Positions 20,191 through 29,070 of a DNA stretch of 64,000 nucleotides are shown piece by piece. The notes below the pieces were generated by a model. It saw only the letters and a list, made by a program, of their open reading frames with translations, had not been told where the DNA came from and did no database searches. Both the position numbers and the translations under genes were made by a program. The DNA is from an uncultured Actinomycetota bacterium (GTDB lineage Bacteria > Actinomycetota > UBA4738). The DNA is taken from NCBI GenBank assembly GCA_963770955.1, contig CAVYRK010000011.1, forward strand, positions 650,745 to 714,744. The letters are read 5' to 3'. Within the stretch, counting starts at the first letter, position 1; each line of letters begins with the position of its first letter.

Positions 20191-20414
20191 CGCCGCTCAC
20201 GCCCGGGTAGCGGGCGTTCCGTCACACGCCCATCTCACGCTTCCCCAGGAGTCCTCTTCGTAGGAAGACGGCGAATACGACTCTTGCGGAATCTAAGCCT
20301 GAAATGCGCGGAAACGAACCCCTGAAATGCTATGGTCCGGGCCAGAAGGGGCGCCCGGGTCGGCGGCTGTCCGTCATTCCCGCAACGAAGACCACACACC
20401 CTAAGGGGGGAATC

Positions 20415-21029
20415 ATGCGTACTCGCATTGTCAAGATCTCGGCGATCGTCGCCGTGACTGGTTTGGCGATCCTCGGATCTGCATATGCCAACGCCAAGCC
20501 ACTACAGGGCACGTCCAAGACGAACGCGTCTGCGACCGGAACCACCTCGACTGCCTCCGGCGCGACCGTGGCGCTCAAGGCGGTGCCGGACGCGGGTCCG
20601 GTTCTGAACGTCGCGCACTCGTATTCCACGACGACCCCCGGGTCGGGAGGGGTCATCTATTCCATTCCATCGCTCCCGGCCGGCGTCTACGAGGTCTCCT
20701 TCACGGCGAACTTCTTTCCGGCGGGGACCCCGGCGGCTCCCGTCCAGTTCACGTGCGCCATCCTGAACGGCACCGGCGCGATCCTCTACGCGCAGGACAC
20801 GTCGTCGAGTGAGACCACCAGCGGCTTCTACGTGGGCGTCAACGGCGCCACCTTCCTCAGGAATCCCAGCTCCCTGGGCGTGGAAGCCTACTGTGGAACC
20901 GGCGATGGCAGTGCATGGACGTGGGGCACCCGTCCCCTCGTGGTCACCTTGACCAGGCTGGACGGGCTGACCCATGGTTCACTCAGCCCGAGCCCGAACA
21001 AGAAGGCCCGGGGCATCGCAGCCCGCTGA
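20415..21029 (+). CDS. Secreted hypothetical protein
   Basis: AAGGGGGG RBS 4 nt before the ATG at 20415. Signal-like 'MRTRIVKISAIVAVTGLAILGSAYANA'. A canonical terminator follows. Confidence 0.6.
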   Translation: MRTRIVKISAIVAVTGLAILGSAYANAKPLQGTSKTNASATGTTSTASGATVALKAVPDAGPVLNVAHSYSTTTPGSGGVIYSIPSLPAGVYEVSFTANFFPAGTPAAPVQFTCAILNGTGAILYAQDTSSSETTSGFYVGVNGATFLRNPSSLGVEAYCGTGDGSAWTWGTRPLVVTLTRLDGLTHGSLSPSPNKKARGIAAR

Positions 21030-21053
21030 CCCTACCGTCGAGCGCCCCCAAAC

Positions 21054-21092
21054 CAGGGCACGCCGCGCATGCTGCGGCGTGCCCTGCGTTTT
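21054..21092 (+). terminator. Rho-independent terminator
   Basis: CAGGGCACGCCGC-gcatgct-GCGGCGTGCCCTG, a perfect 13-bp stem, followed by CGTTTT. Confidence 0.75.
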
Positions 21093-21198
21093 GACCCCGT
21101 CGGCCGGCTGTTCGCGCGGCCTTCTCTCGCAGGGTGGGTGCCGGTCAATGACGGGGGGTTGGAGGCAACGACTCCGCCGCGGTGCGATTCAGCAGCTG

Positions 21199-21642
21199 CT
21201 AGTTGATGTCGAACTCATTCCCCTCGGGATCGGCCATGGCGACGGCGTAGTGGTCCAGACCCTCCTCGTCGAGCGCGTCCAGCCGCCGAGCACCGAGAGA
21301 CACGAGGCGCGTCGCCTCGGCCTCCACCCGCTCGCGCCTGGTGTCGAGGGACGACCCACGGCCACCGCTCGCGTTCACATCGATGTGGATGCGGTTCTTG
21401 ATCGACTTCTTCTCGGGGACGATCTGAAACCAGATCTGCGGACCCTCACCGTTCGGATCACTGATGCGGTCGGGGCCATTGCCAAGCTCGGCCTCGGGCA
21501 CGCCGATCGACCGGTAGAAGTCGTCCCACGAGTTGAAGTCGGGCGGCGGAGGTGCGATGACGTAGTGCAACGCCTCGGCCCAGAAATGCGCGAGCAGTTC
21601 GGGTGATGTGCAGTCGATCACCAGTTGGTAGGACACGGCCAT
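21199..21642 (-). CDS. VOC (glyoxalase/bleomycin-resistance fold) family protein
   Basis: 'FWAEALHY...PQIWFQIVPEKKSIKNRIHIDVNA...MADPEGNEFDI'. Confidence 0.75.
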   Translation of the reverse strand: MAVSYQLVIDCTSPELLAHFWAEALHYVIAPPPPDFNSWDDFYRSIGVPEAELGNGPDRISDPNGEGPQIWFQIVPEKKSIKNRIHIDVNASGGRGSSLDTRRERVEAEATRLVSLGARRLDALDEEGLDHYAVAMADPEGNEFDIN

Positions 21643-21721
21643 CCGACACCTCCAGGAGCGTTCGATTCGGATCAGACTCGCACGCCCGACCGACATCCAC
21701 ACGAACCGCCCGCCCACCTCA

Positions 21722-22447
21722 TCACTTGGTTCCGGTTATCAGGCGTTCGCGGTCGAACAGCTTGGACACGAGACGCCAGCCGAGTCCGTCGAGGATCAGC
21801 AGCCCCGCCGCGACGGCGAGCGCAAGACCCAGCGTCGCATGGATCACGTTGAACGTGATCAGGTACGCCACCAGGATCGCCGGGAGGCCTGCGAAGGGAT
21901 CCCGAGCTGCTGAGCGACGCGAACGTCGCTCGTTCGCGTCGAGATCGCCATGCCGACCCAGATGGACCAGCCGGCGAGCAGCGGCGTGAAGAGCACCTGA
22001 ACGATCAGATACCGCCACTGGAAGACCTCCGAGGCGACGGCCGGCTGGGCCATCAGCGCCGTGCACGCGAGAAAGAAGACGTAGACCCCGTAGGCCACTG
22101 CCAGGGTCGGGACGAAGGCCGCAAGGGCCTTGCCGAGCACCAACTCCTCGCGACGGATCGGCGTGGCGAGGACCGGCTCGAGCGTGCCCTGCTGGCGCTC
22201 GCCGACCACCGCGTAGGTCGCGACGACGGACGGCACCGAGGGCGGGTATGCCCAGCAGGATCACCAGTGGGTCCCCGTTGCGAAGCGTCCCGGCCATCGA
22301 CGCGGGCAGAGCGAGGACGTAGAGCAGCGGGAAGATGACGATGCCCAGCGGAATGACGGCCATCGTGGCCACGATGGTCCTGTTGCGCCGGTACTCCCGG
22401 AGCTCCTTGCGGTAGATGGCCAGCATACGGACCGCGCCAACGCTCAT
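21722..22447 (-). pseudogene. ABC-2 type transporter permease, two frame breaks (about 22245 and about 21900)
   Basis: 'LAIYRKELREYRRNRTIVATMAVIPL' continues as 'PSVVATYAVVGERQQGTLEPVLATPIRREEL' (ORF 21859..22236), then as 'FAGLPAILVAYLITFNVIH'. Confidence 0.7.
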
Positions 22448-22544
22448 CTCGCCCCTGCCTCCGCGGACCACGAGGAGGTCTCCGACTTCTCCTGCTGGTC
22501 GTGATCTCTGAAGGGAGTATCCGACGAGCAGCCGCGCTGTGCTA

Positions 22545-22629
22545 CCCGGGCAGGATCACGCGGCCGGCAGACCGGGACAGGGGGCATTCCTTGATCGATA
22601 CACAATCGATCCTCCCCTGCCCGGGTCTG
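22545..22629 (-). other. Mutually exclusive stem-loops between the SHOCT gene and the ABC-2 permease (terminator or leader)
   Basis: CCTGCCCGGG (22616-22625) can pair perfectly with CCCGGGCAGG (22545-22554), or as part of a 14/16 pairing with 22568-22583. An inner GATCGAT/ATCGATC hairpin is also present. Confidence 0.4.
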
Positions 22630-22667
22630 TCGTTGACGCTGAAACCCGGCCATCTACACCGTGTGAA

Positions 22668-22913
22668 TCAGAGGCCGAGAATCTCCTTCTTCTTCGCCGC
22701 GAACTCCTCGTCGGTCAGGATCCCTTGGGTGTGGAGATCGCCGAGCTGCTTGAGTTGCCCCATCTGATCTTCCGTCGAAGGTGCGGCGGGAGCCGGTGGA
22801 GGCGGGGCCTGCTGGGGTGTCGCCTGCTGGGGTGCGGCGGCCTCCTGCGACCCGGCGACCCTGTTCGCGGTCCTTCGTGACGTGCGACGTGCGACCCTAC
22901 GCATTGCTGGCAT
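22668..22913 (-). CDS. SHOCT-domain protein
   Basis: C-terminal 'QLKQLGDLHTQGILTDEEFAAKKKEILG'. GGAGG RBS before the ATG at 22913. Confidence 0.7.
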   Translation of the reverse strand: MPAMRRVARRTSRRTANRVAGSQEAAAPQQATPQQAPPPPAPAAPSTEDQMGQLKQLGDLHTQGILTDEEFAAKKKEILGL

Positions 22914-23236
22914 GTCGATCCTCCTTCGTCGTTGTGCCCATCCGAGTTGTCGTGCGCTTCCCCTCGAGCCTTCTCTCAGTCCATCACGAACGCCTCGTAG
23001 TTGACGTAGCCGCCTCGCCGTCCCTTTCTGAGGCGCCCACAAGCGTTCTCCCCTCCGGCCGATCGCGTGTCGGCCCTACAGTGGAATCGTCGAAGAACTG
23101 CGAGGTAACCTGCCACACGCCATGAAACGGAATCCGGGCCGAGAGTCCTCATGCATTCGGGTCCTATGGCCGGAGGCGTTCGTGACCGGGTCAACGCGCC
23201 CCCCCTTCTACCCCCACACCACCCATCCCCCCGGCA

Positions 23237-23266
23237 TTGACCCGGCCTTGAGGGTCGCCGTAAGGT
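23237..23266 (+). promoter_or_regulatory. Putative promoter preceded by a C-rich tract
   Basis: TTGACC, 18-nt spacer, TAAGGT. Upstream sequence 'cccccacaccacccatccccccgg'. Lies 33 nt before the ATG at 23299. Confidence 0.4.
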
Positions 23267-23298
23267 GCTGGCCACACTCTTCTGGGAGAGGGGGCACA

Positions 23299-23589
23299 AT
23301 GAAGTTCGTTCAGACCATCGCATACACCACGTCCAAGCCCGACGAGATGCGTGCCCTAGGGGACGAGTTCAACCGGGAGAACCCGACGTCACCTGGCATG
23401 GCCACCGTCAAGGTTCTCAAGGACCGTGACCGGGAGGACTCCTACCTGGTCGTTGCAGAATTCGAGACCTACGAGCAGGCCATGGAGAACTCAGAGCGTC
23501 CAGAGACCGACGCTTTCGCCAAGCGCATGGCCGAACTGGCCGACGCCGCACCGGTATTCACGAACTACGACGTCATCCAGGAGATGTAG
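23299..23589 (+). CDS. Dimeric alpha/beta-barrel (ABM-like) protein
   Basis: 'MKFVQTIAYTTSKPDEM...YLVVAEFETYEQAMENSERPETDAFAKRMAEL' resembles a conserved actinobacterial family. Confidence 0.7.
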   Translation: MKFVQTIAYTTSKPDEMRALGDEFNRENPTSPGMATVKVLKDRDREDSYLVVAEFETYEQAMENSERPETDAFAKRMAELADAAPVFTNYDVIQEM

Positions 23590-23604
23590 CCACCCGCAGC
23601 GACG

Positions 23605-23679
23605 ATCGATCCCGTGGCGGTAAAGGACCGCTACGACCCGACGAACTTCTTCCGGCTGAATGCCAAGATTCCGCCGGGC
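23605..23679 (+). pseudogene. Remnant of a FAD-linked oxidase (BBE-domain C-terminus)
   Basis: My own translation gives 'IDPVAVKDRYDPTNFFRLNAKIPP', matching the BBE C-terminal consensus (vK.kYDP.N.Fr.N.nI.P). No upstream body of the gene is present. Confidence 0.5.
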
Positions 23680-23838
23680 ATCAAACGACCACCTGATCGC
23701 TCCCGATTGCAGGTAGGTGCGGTCGGACGCAGCAGGCGGCCCGGGGAAAGGGTGTGTCCCGGAGCACACTGACTGACGGATTCAAGCTCCGCTCTACCAC
23801 CCCGAGCCCGGGACCGGAGACAAGGAGCCTCACGAACC

Positions 23839-23960
23839 CCGCCCCGTCGCTCCCGCCCCCCCTTCCCTCGTTTGGCGCCGACTGGGGGGTCGGTGGGGGT
23901 GCGTGGGGCTCGTCGCTGCCCTTCCCTGGTTCGGGGTGTTGAGGGGTAGATGGGCAGGAT
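23839..23960 (-). repeat. C/G-rich intergenic element, copy A (inverted relative to copy C)
   Basis: The reverse complement aligns collinearly with 35055-35204: atcta.cccc..caccccga.cc.ggga.ggg.gcgacg...cacccc(c)accgacccccc...cgagggg?aaggg...gagcgacg.ggcgg. Confidence 0.55.
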
Positions 23961-24011
23961 CGTGGGTTCGAGCGACTACGCGGAGCACTGTACGGATCGC
24001 CAGCAAGGGCC

Positions 24012-24220
24012 TCAGCTCAGGTCACGGAAGAAAGCGGTCAGGTCTCCTGCTACCGCCTCCGGTTCCTCAACAGGGGAGAAGTGCCCACCGTGTGGAAAGA
24101 CCGTCCAGCGCTGGATGTTGTACATGCGTTCCACATACGAACGCGGCGGCTCGCGTGGCGCAACCGTTCCCGCAGATCGTCGAGCACTTCATCCGCGACA
24201 TGAATTCGAAACGATTCCAC
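24012..24220 (-). pseudogene. Epoxide-hydrolase remnant with a large internal deletion
   Basis: N-terminal 'VESFRIHVADEVLDDLRERLRHA' (EH N-domain style) abuts, out of frame, the C-terminal 'YVERMYNIQRWTVFPHGGHFSPVEEPEAVAGDLTAFFRDLS*'. Confidence 0.55.
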
Positions 24221-24299
24221 TACAACAACTCCCTGTTCGCCACCTCACGAATACTAAGCAAGGTACTCAACCGTCTCCTTTGCCTCGGGCAACTCCGCG

Positions 24300-24683
24300 G
24301 TGCACGGCAACAACCTGACAGGCAAAGGTCAGGGCGTGATCGGATTCGGCGCATCGGGAGTGTATGGACTCGCGACCTCAGGCGGGACCGGCGTCGTCGC
24401 CTTCAGAGCCTTCGACGAGACCGGCCTCGCCCTGGATGCGATCGGGCCGACCCAGTTCTCCCTGAGCGGACTCGCGAGCATCGCCGCAGGAGCCAAGTCC
24501 AAGGTCGTCACGGACGTGTCCTTGAGATCGACGAGTCTCGTACTCGCGACCGTGCAGAAGCACGCCGGCGTCTCGGTGGCGTATGTCGTGCCGAACGTCT
24601 CTCTTTCCAAGGTCACGATCAACCTGGACAAGGTCGTGCCATCGGGGAAGACCGCGAAGGTGGCTTGGTTCGTCATCAACTGA
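24300..24683 (+). pseudogene. C-terminal fragment of a secreted Gly-rich repeat protein (N-terminus missing)
   Basis: The frame is closed by TAA at 24255. 'GQGVIGFGASGVYGLATSGGTGVVAF...KVAWFVIN' looks like the end of a larger exported protein. Confidence 0.5.
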
Positions 24684-24700
24684 TTCCGGACCGCGGCCAG

Positions 24701-26110
24701 TCAGGCGGTGTAGGCAACGGTCGCGTAGCTCCTCCCACTGATGCCGGTGACGAACACCTTCGACCCGTCCGGGCTGGGGGCAATAGATCGAGCCACATCG
24801 CTGTGGTTCCGCCCGCCGTTGTAGCGGCGTACCCAAAGAGGAGTCCCGGTGGAAGCGGCGTAGGCGACCGTGGCGTAGTCAGCGCTGCGAATGCTACCGG
24901 TGGTCTGGCTCAAGCCGGTGACGAACACCTTCGACCCGTCCGGGCTCGCAGCCACCGAGGTGGCCTCGTCGCGGTCGTTCCCTGGGCCGTTGTAGCGGCG
25001 GAACCAGAGCGTGGTCCCGGTGGAGGCGTCGTAGGCAATGGTGGCATAGTCACGCCGGCTGGTGGTCCCGAAGCTATAGCCGGTGACGTACACCTTGGAT
25101 CCGTCGGGGCTCGCGGCCACCGAGGTTGCCTCGTCGCTGCGGTTCAGCGGACCGTTGTAGCGGCGGACCCAGAGCCTGTTCCCGGTGGAGGCGTCGTAGG
25201 CCACCGTGGCGTAGTCGCTTCGGCGGATGGACCTTGTGCTCGACCCGGTGACGAACACCTTGGACCCGTCGGGGCTCGGGACGATTGAACGGGCCGCATC
25301 ATCGTCGTTCCGCGGGCCCTTGTAGCGGCGAACCCAGAGCATGGTCCCCGTGGAAGCGTTGTAGGCCTCCGTGGCGTAGTCACTCTCGCCTGCGAATCCG
25401 GTGCTCCCGGTGACGAACACCTTGGACCCGTCGGGGCTCGCGGCGACGGAGGCGGCACCGGCTCCGCCGTTCGCCGGGCCGTTGTAGCGGCTGACCCAGA
25501 GCTCGGTCCCGGTCTTGGGGGCGTAGGCAATGGTGGTTGCATCCGACCTGCCAGTGATCCCGGTGCTCCCGCCGGTGACGAACACCTTCGACCCGTCCGG
25601 ACTCACAGCCACGGAGTCAGCCCCGTCGCCGCCATTCGTGGGGCCGTTGTAGCGGCTGACCCAGAGCCTGGTCCCGGTGGCGGCGTCGTAGGCAACCGTT
25701 GCGTAGTCGGACCCGCTGGTGCTCCCCTCGCTGCTGCCGGTGACGAACACCTTCGACCCGTCGGGGCTCACCGCTACGGAGAAACCCCAATCCCTGCCGT
25801 TCGCCAGGCCGTTGTAGCGGCGGAGCCAGAGCCTGGTCCCGGTGGCGGCCTCGTAGGCCGCGGTGACGTAGTCATAGCTGGTGGTGTTCCCCAGGCTCAC
25901 GCCGGTGACGAACACCCTGGACCCATCCGGGCTGGCGGCCACGGAGTTGGGCTGATCCCAGAAGTCGTGTGGGGCCCTGTAGCGCTGCGTCCAGAGTCTC
26001 GTGCCCCCGGTCGTGGTCGCCCCGGCGCTGGGTCCCACGATCAGCACTATCGCGGCGATCAACCCCAAAGCAGTTCCGCACACCCTAGAAACTCCGCGAC
26101 AATGCTTCAT
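24701..26110 (-). CDS. Secreted SBBP-type beta-propeller repeat protein
   Basis: 469 aa with a signal peptide. Eight units of 'SPDGSKVFVTG....DYATVAYDA.TG..LWV.RYNGP'. Confidence 0.85.
   Translation of the reverse strand: MKHCRGVSRVCGTALGLIAAIVLIVGPSAGATTTGGTRLWTQRYRAPHDFWDQPNSVAASPDGSRVFVTGVSLGNTTSYDYVTAAYEAATGTRLWLRRYNGLANGRDWGFSVAVSPDGSKVFVTGSSEGSTSGSDYATVAYDAATGTRLWVSRYNGPTNGGDGADSVAVSPDGSKVFVTGGSTGITGRSDATTIAYAPKTGTELWVSRYNGPANGGAGAASVAASPDGSKVFVTGSTGFAGESDYATEAYNASTGTMLWVRRYKGPRNDDDAARSIVPSPDGSKVFVTGSSTRSIRRSDYATVAYDASTGNRLWVRRYNGPLNRSDEATSVAASPDGSKVYVTGYSFGTTSRRDYATIAYDASTGTTLWFRRYNGPGNDRDEATSVAASPDGSKVFVTGLSQTTGSIRSADYATVAYAASTGTPLWVRRYNGGRNHSDVARSIAPSPDGSKVFVTGISGRSYATVAYTA
24740..25960 (-). 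repeat. Intragenic tandem repeats (about 130-140 bp, eight units) of the SBBP gene
   Basis: The DNA block 'ggtgacgaacacc.t.gacccgtc.gggct' recurs once per unit. Confidence 0.8.
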
Positions 26111-26209
26111 CTCAAGCCCTTTCGCCTTTGTCCACGACCGAGGAGCCTACGCCGACTCCGGCCTGACTCGGCTTCGCGGCCGTGGAGGGGGTCCTCTCTC
26201 CCTCCGCGC

Positions 26210-26266
26210 CCGGTTTTTGACGGGGTGGGTGCTCCCGTCGCCTCCCGTGCACCGCCGCGTCGCGCG
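26210..26266 (-). repeat. Partial third copy (B) of the C/G-rich element
   Basis: The reverse complement 'gcgacgcggcggtgcac..N..gcacccacccc' is collinear with 35193-35233. It also shares the 13-mer ccggtttttgacg with 35238-35250, but in flipped orientation. Confidence 0.35.
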
Positions 26267-26308
26267 GGCGGGTGGCCAGCCCTTGCTGAAGCGAATCGGC
26301 CGAGGAGC

Positions 26309-26339
26309 TTGACTCTCCCCCTCGGGGAGGCCGCACACT
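26309..26339 (+). promoter_or_regulatory. MerR-type promoter with a dyad operator inside a 19-bp spacer
   Basis: TTGACT, then 19 nt containing CTCCCC-ctc-GGGGAG (26315-26329), then CACACT. Lies 45 nt upstream of the merR start. Confidence 0.45.
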
Positions 26340-26383
26340 CGATGTGTCGGGCTGTCCGGCTCGACGACGAGGGAGTATGAGAC

Positions 26384-27257
26384 GTGGAAGAAGTCAGCAT
26401 TGGCGAGTTCGCACGACGGTCGCGTCTGTCGGTCAAGGCACTCCGCCTCTACGACGAGCTCGGCGTGCTGGTTCCCGCGCGTGTCGACGAAGCCTCCGGC
26501 TATCGGTACTACGACGTCGCGCAGCTCGAAGCAGCGCGCCTTGTCGCGATGTTGCGCCAGCTCGACTTGCCGCTTGCCGACGATCAGGGAACTGCTCGCA
26601 TGCGATCCGGTTGATGCCGCAGAGCGGATCGCGGCGCACTGGCGGGAGGTCGAGTCCGTCACACGACGCGCGCCGCGAGCTCGCCGACTACCTCGTCAAC
26701 CGACTGAGTGGAAAGAGGTCCGTCATGTACGAAGTCGCCACACGAGAGATACCCGAGCGGAGCTTGCTCTGCCTGAAGCGCAATGTCGACGAACAGGGAG
26801 CGTGGGCGCTCGGCAAGGAGTTCATCGCGATCCTGCGCGAGCGACCGCTGCCGAAGATGGACGGGCGTGAAGGCGCGATGTTCACCATCTACTGGGGTGA
26901 GGTGAGCGCCGACAGCGACGGCCCGGTCGAGTGGTGCAAGCCGGTCCCGGAGCGGACAGGCGAAGGCGCTTGCATCGCACTACCCGGAGTTGAGCTTGCG
27001 GACCGAACCCGCACATCGCGAGGCGTACGTCGCGCTACCGAACGACGCGCTACCGGCTGGCCCGGGTGGGAACCCAGGCGTGCAATGGCAGCTCGCGTCG
27101 GAGGCTTTGCAGTGCCTGGGCGGACGAGCATGGGATCGACCCTGAAGATCTCGCTCTCAAGCCCGAGGATCTCGGCGTGCGAATCACCTACCTCGCGAGC
27201 GAGCCGGTCACCGAGACGAGCGCCCCCTACTGCGACTTCGCCGTGCCGTTCGCCTGA
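26384..27257 (+). pseudogene. MerR family regulator with GyrI-like effector domain, at least 4 frame breaks
   Basis: '[38 protein letters not shown]' (MerR HTH). It continues through four other frame segments to 'WADEHGIDPEDLALKPEDLGVRITYLASEPVTETSAPYCDFAVPFA*'. Confidence 0.75.
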
Positions 27258-27316
27258 GCCGGAGGGCAGGGGAAACCACCAAGCAGCCAGACAACGGGCT
27301 TCCGCGTCACGAACGC

Positions 27317-27610
27317 TCACCCAATCGTGTAACAGGGGTCGGTGTTGCAGGCAATCGCATTCATGACCCAGTAGCCGGAGTCCCCGACCCGCAGACCCAC
27401 GAGAAAGTAGAGGAACGCCCCTGGGTGAAGCGACGTGCAGTCGTACCCAGCCGCCTTACTCGGGGGCACGTAACGGGAAGGTACTTCGGCTGCCAGGGTG
27501 TAGCGAACAAGCGACGGACGGCTGAAGCGGTGCCGATCGTTCTCCGATCGGGGAAGTACGCCCGCTGCTTCACGTCACACGTGTACGACGCGGTCGTTCG
27601 TTAGCGCAGC
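27317..27610 (-). pseudogene. Cys-rich small-ORF family, copy 1 (in-frame TGA, internally deleted)
   Basis: My own translation gives '...LTNDRVVHV*REAAGVLPRSENDRHRF...GYDCTSLHPGAFLYFLVGLRVGDSGYWVMNAIACNTDPCYTIG*'. The C-terminus matches copy 2. Confidence 0.4.
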
Positions 27611-27702
27611 GGCTCAGGCCGAGAGATCGGCGCGCGCCTCCGCGAACACCTCCCGTTTGTGCCCCGATAGCTCGGGGGGCTGTGGTTAGACTCGGCTCCG
27701 CT

Positions 27703-27924
27703 ATGTCCGAGCCATCAAGCCCGTTCAAGAGCGGTGATCTCGTCGAGTACATAGGGCCGAAACTGGACGACCCGTACGAGCCGCAACCGGGCGAGCGTGG
27801 AAGCCTCATGGCCTTCGATCACCTCACGATTGAACGGGTGGTCTCCGGGGAGCGGATCACCAGCGTTCACGCGGAAATGTGGCTTCGATTGGTTGGCGCG
27901 ACTGATACTCCGCCAAGCGGCTGA
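27703..27924 (+). CDS. Hypothetical small protein
   Basis: 'MSEPSSPFKSGDLVEYIGPKLDDPYEPQPGERGSLMAF...'. No family recognised. Confidence 0.4.
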   Translation: MSEPSSPFKSGDLVEYIGPKLDDPYEPQPGERGSLMAFDHLTIERVVSGERITSVHAEMWLRLVGATDTPPSG

Positions 27925-28001
27925 CCTCGTTAGGACGGGCTCGCTCGCGGCAGACTCGTCAACACAATAGCCTGCCCCTTTGCCCTTACGCTTTCCGAGT
28001 C

Positions 28002-28869
28002 ATGCGGAGGCCTCCTGGGGGTCGGCTGAGCATTGCGGCTCGACGACTGGCCGTGCTGGCCCTCACGATCCTGCTCACCGCGGCATGTTCGTCCGCGAAG
28101 CGAGGCCATGCGGGGCCTCGAGGCCCATCCTCCGGACGCGACGTCCTCCCGTCGCCGGCACTGTCGCAACGATTCGCGGACGGCGGGCGCTGCCCTCCAG
28201 ATACCGCTCCTGAGTTGCCTTCGGCATCGGGGTGCGTGACCTCCCTGACCGCCGACCTCAGATGGGCAGGGGAGCCCCGATCGTTTCGTCGTGTTCGGCC
28301 ATCTTGTCAATGAGGACCCCGTCTCGTGGTGGGCCGAGGGGCTCCTCGCCGGCGCTTCCCGGCCCACTCCGCCGTTCCTGCTCCCCGTCGGCCTTGCGGT
28401 CGGCGGGGCGGCGACCGTCTACCCCCGCGTGGCTGGGGCGGCGGAGGCGAATGGGGAGCGAGGAGCCGAGGTCTTCGTGCAGCTCTCAGCCGACCTCTAC
28501 CACAGCGGTGCCCGACCGATCGACGCGATCTTCGACGTGCGGGGAGGCCAGGTGGTCCCGGTTCGCGCCGGAGGAAGGCTGTTCACGTTTCCGACCGACG
28601 GCATCTCGAGATTCGGGGATGGCGCAAGGTGCGAGACCGTTGCCGGGCAACCCGCCTTCGCCCTCACGCACGTGGAGATCCTTCCCAACGGGTGGGAGTG
28701 GTCGATCCGCCCGTACAGATGGAAAGGGCTAGCGCTGGTTCCTGATGGGGCACGTTCAGGGCGGCTCCCCGCCATCTCGATCGGTGACCCCCGCGTGTAC
28801 CGCTTCTACCAGTTGATCTGCGGCGGCCTGCGATTCTCTACCGTCACCACCTCGTACCCGCTGCCCTGA
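28002..28869 (+). pseudogene. Putative lipoprotein, frame broken near 28259
   Basis: Lipobox 'LTILLTAAC|SS'. After 'VTSLTADL' the sequence continues as 'DGQGSPDRFVVFGHLVNEDP...' in ORF 28291..28869. Confidence 0.55.
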
Positions 28870-29070
28870 CGACCGGGGGCTTGGCAGACTCGGGAGGCCG
28901 CTCTCCGCAGTGCGAGTGGTGTGGAGCCCCAGCATTTTATTGAGGCGCGGAATAGGCTCATGGAAGCAGTTGGGCGTTGGTTGCAGGTGGTCACTGGTAA
29001 CGGCGTCACGTGTCATGGTCGGTGAGTTCCTTTCCCTTATGTGCTGAGGCCGTTGGATTCTTCTTCAGGA

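Noticed and set aside
22447-22667. Search for the missing ABC ATPase C-terminus upstream of the ABC-2 permease
   Set aside because: None of the three minus-strand frames shows Q-loop, signature, Walker B or H-loop motifs. Only a vague 'EVGDLLVVRGGRGE' string appears.
22976-23060. Minus-strand '...GGYVNYEAFVMD*', a possible second BBE-oxidase remnant
   Set aside because: The match is a very short motif. Its orientation and distance do not fit the 23605 fragment, so it could be chance.
23755-23815. tRNA-like fragment on the minus strand (GCTC-GGGGTGGTA-GAGC D-arm-like hairpin; GCGGA-GCTTGAA-TCCGT anticodon-arm-like hairpin; GTCCCGG/CCGGGAC acceptor-like pairing)
   Set aside because: The arms overlap each other, and there is no T-arm and no CCA. 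The total length is about 61 nt and position 33 is not U. At best this is a decayed tRNA or att remnant, so I do not call it a tRNA gene.
23958-23978. 'cgtgggttcgagcgac', which resembles a tRNA T-loop (GGTTCGAG)
   Set aside because: The flanking bases do not form a T-stem, and no cloverleaf can be built around it.
24740-25960. Regularly spaced DNA repeats, considered as a CRISPR array or a diversity-generating retroelement (DGR) template/variable repeat pair
   Set aside because: The repeats are contiguous, in frame, and encode the eight SBBP propeller units. There are no spacers, no cas genes and no reverse transcriptase.
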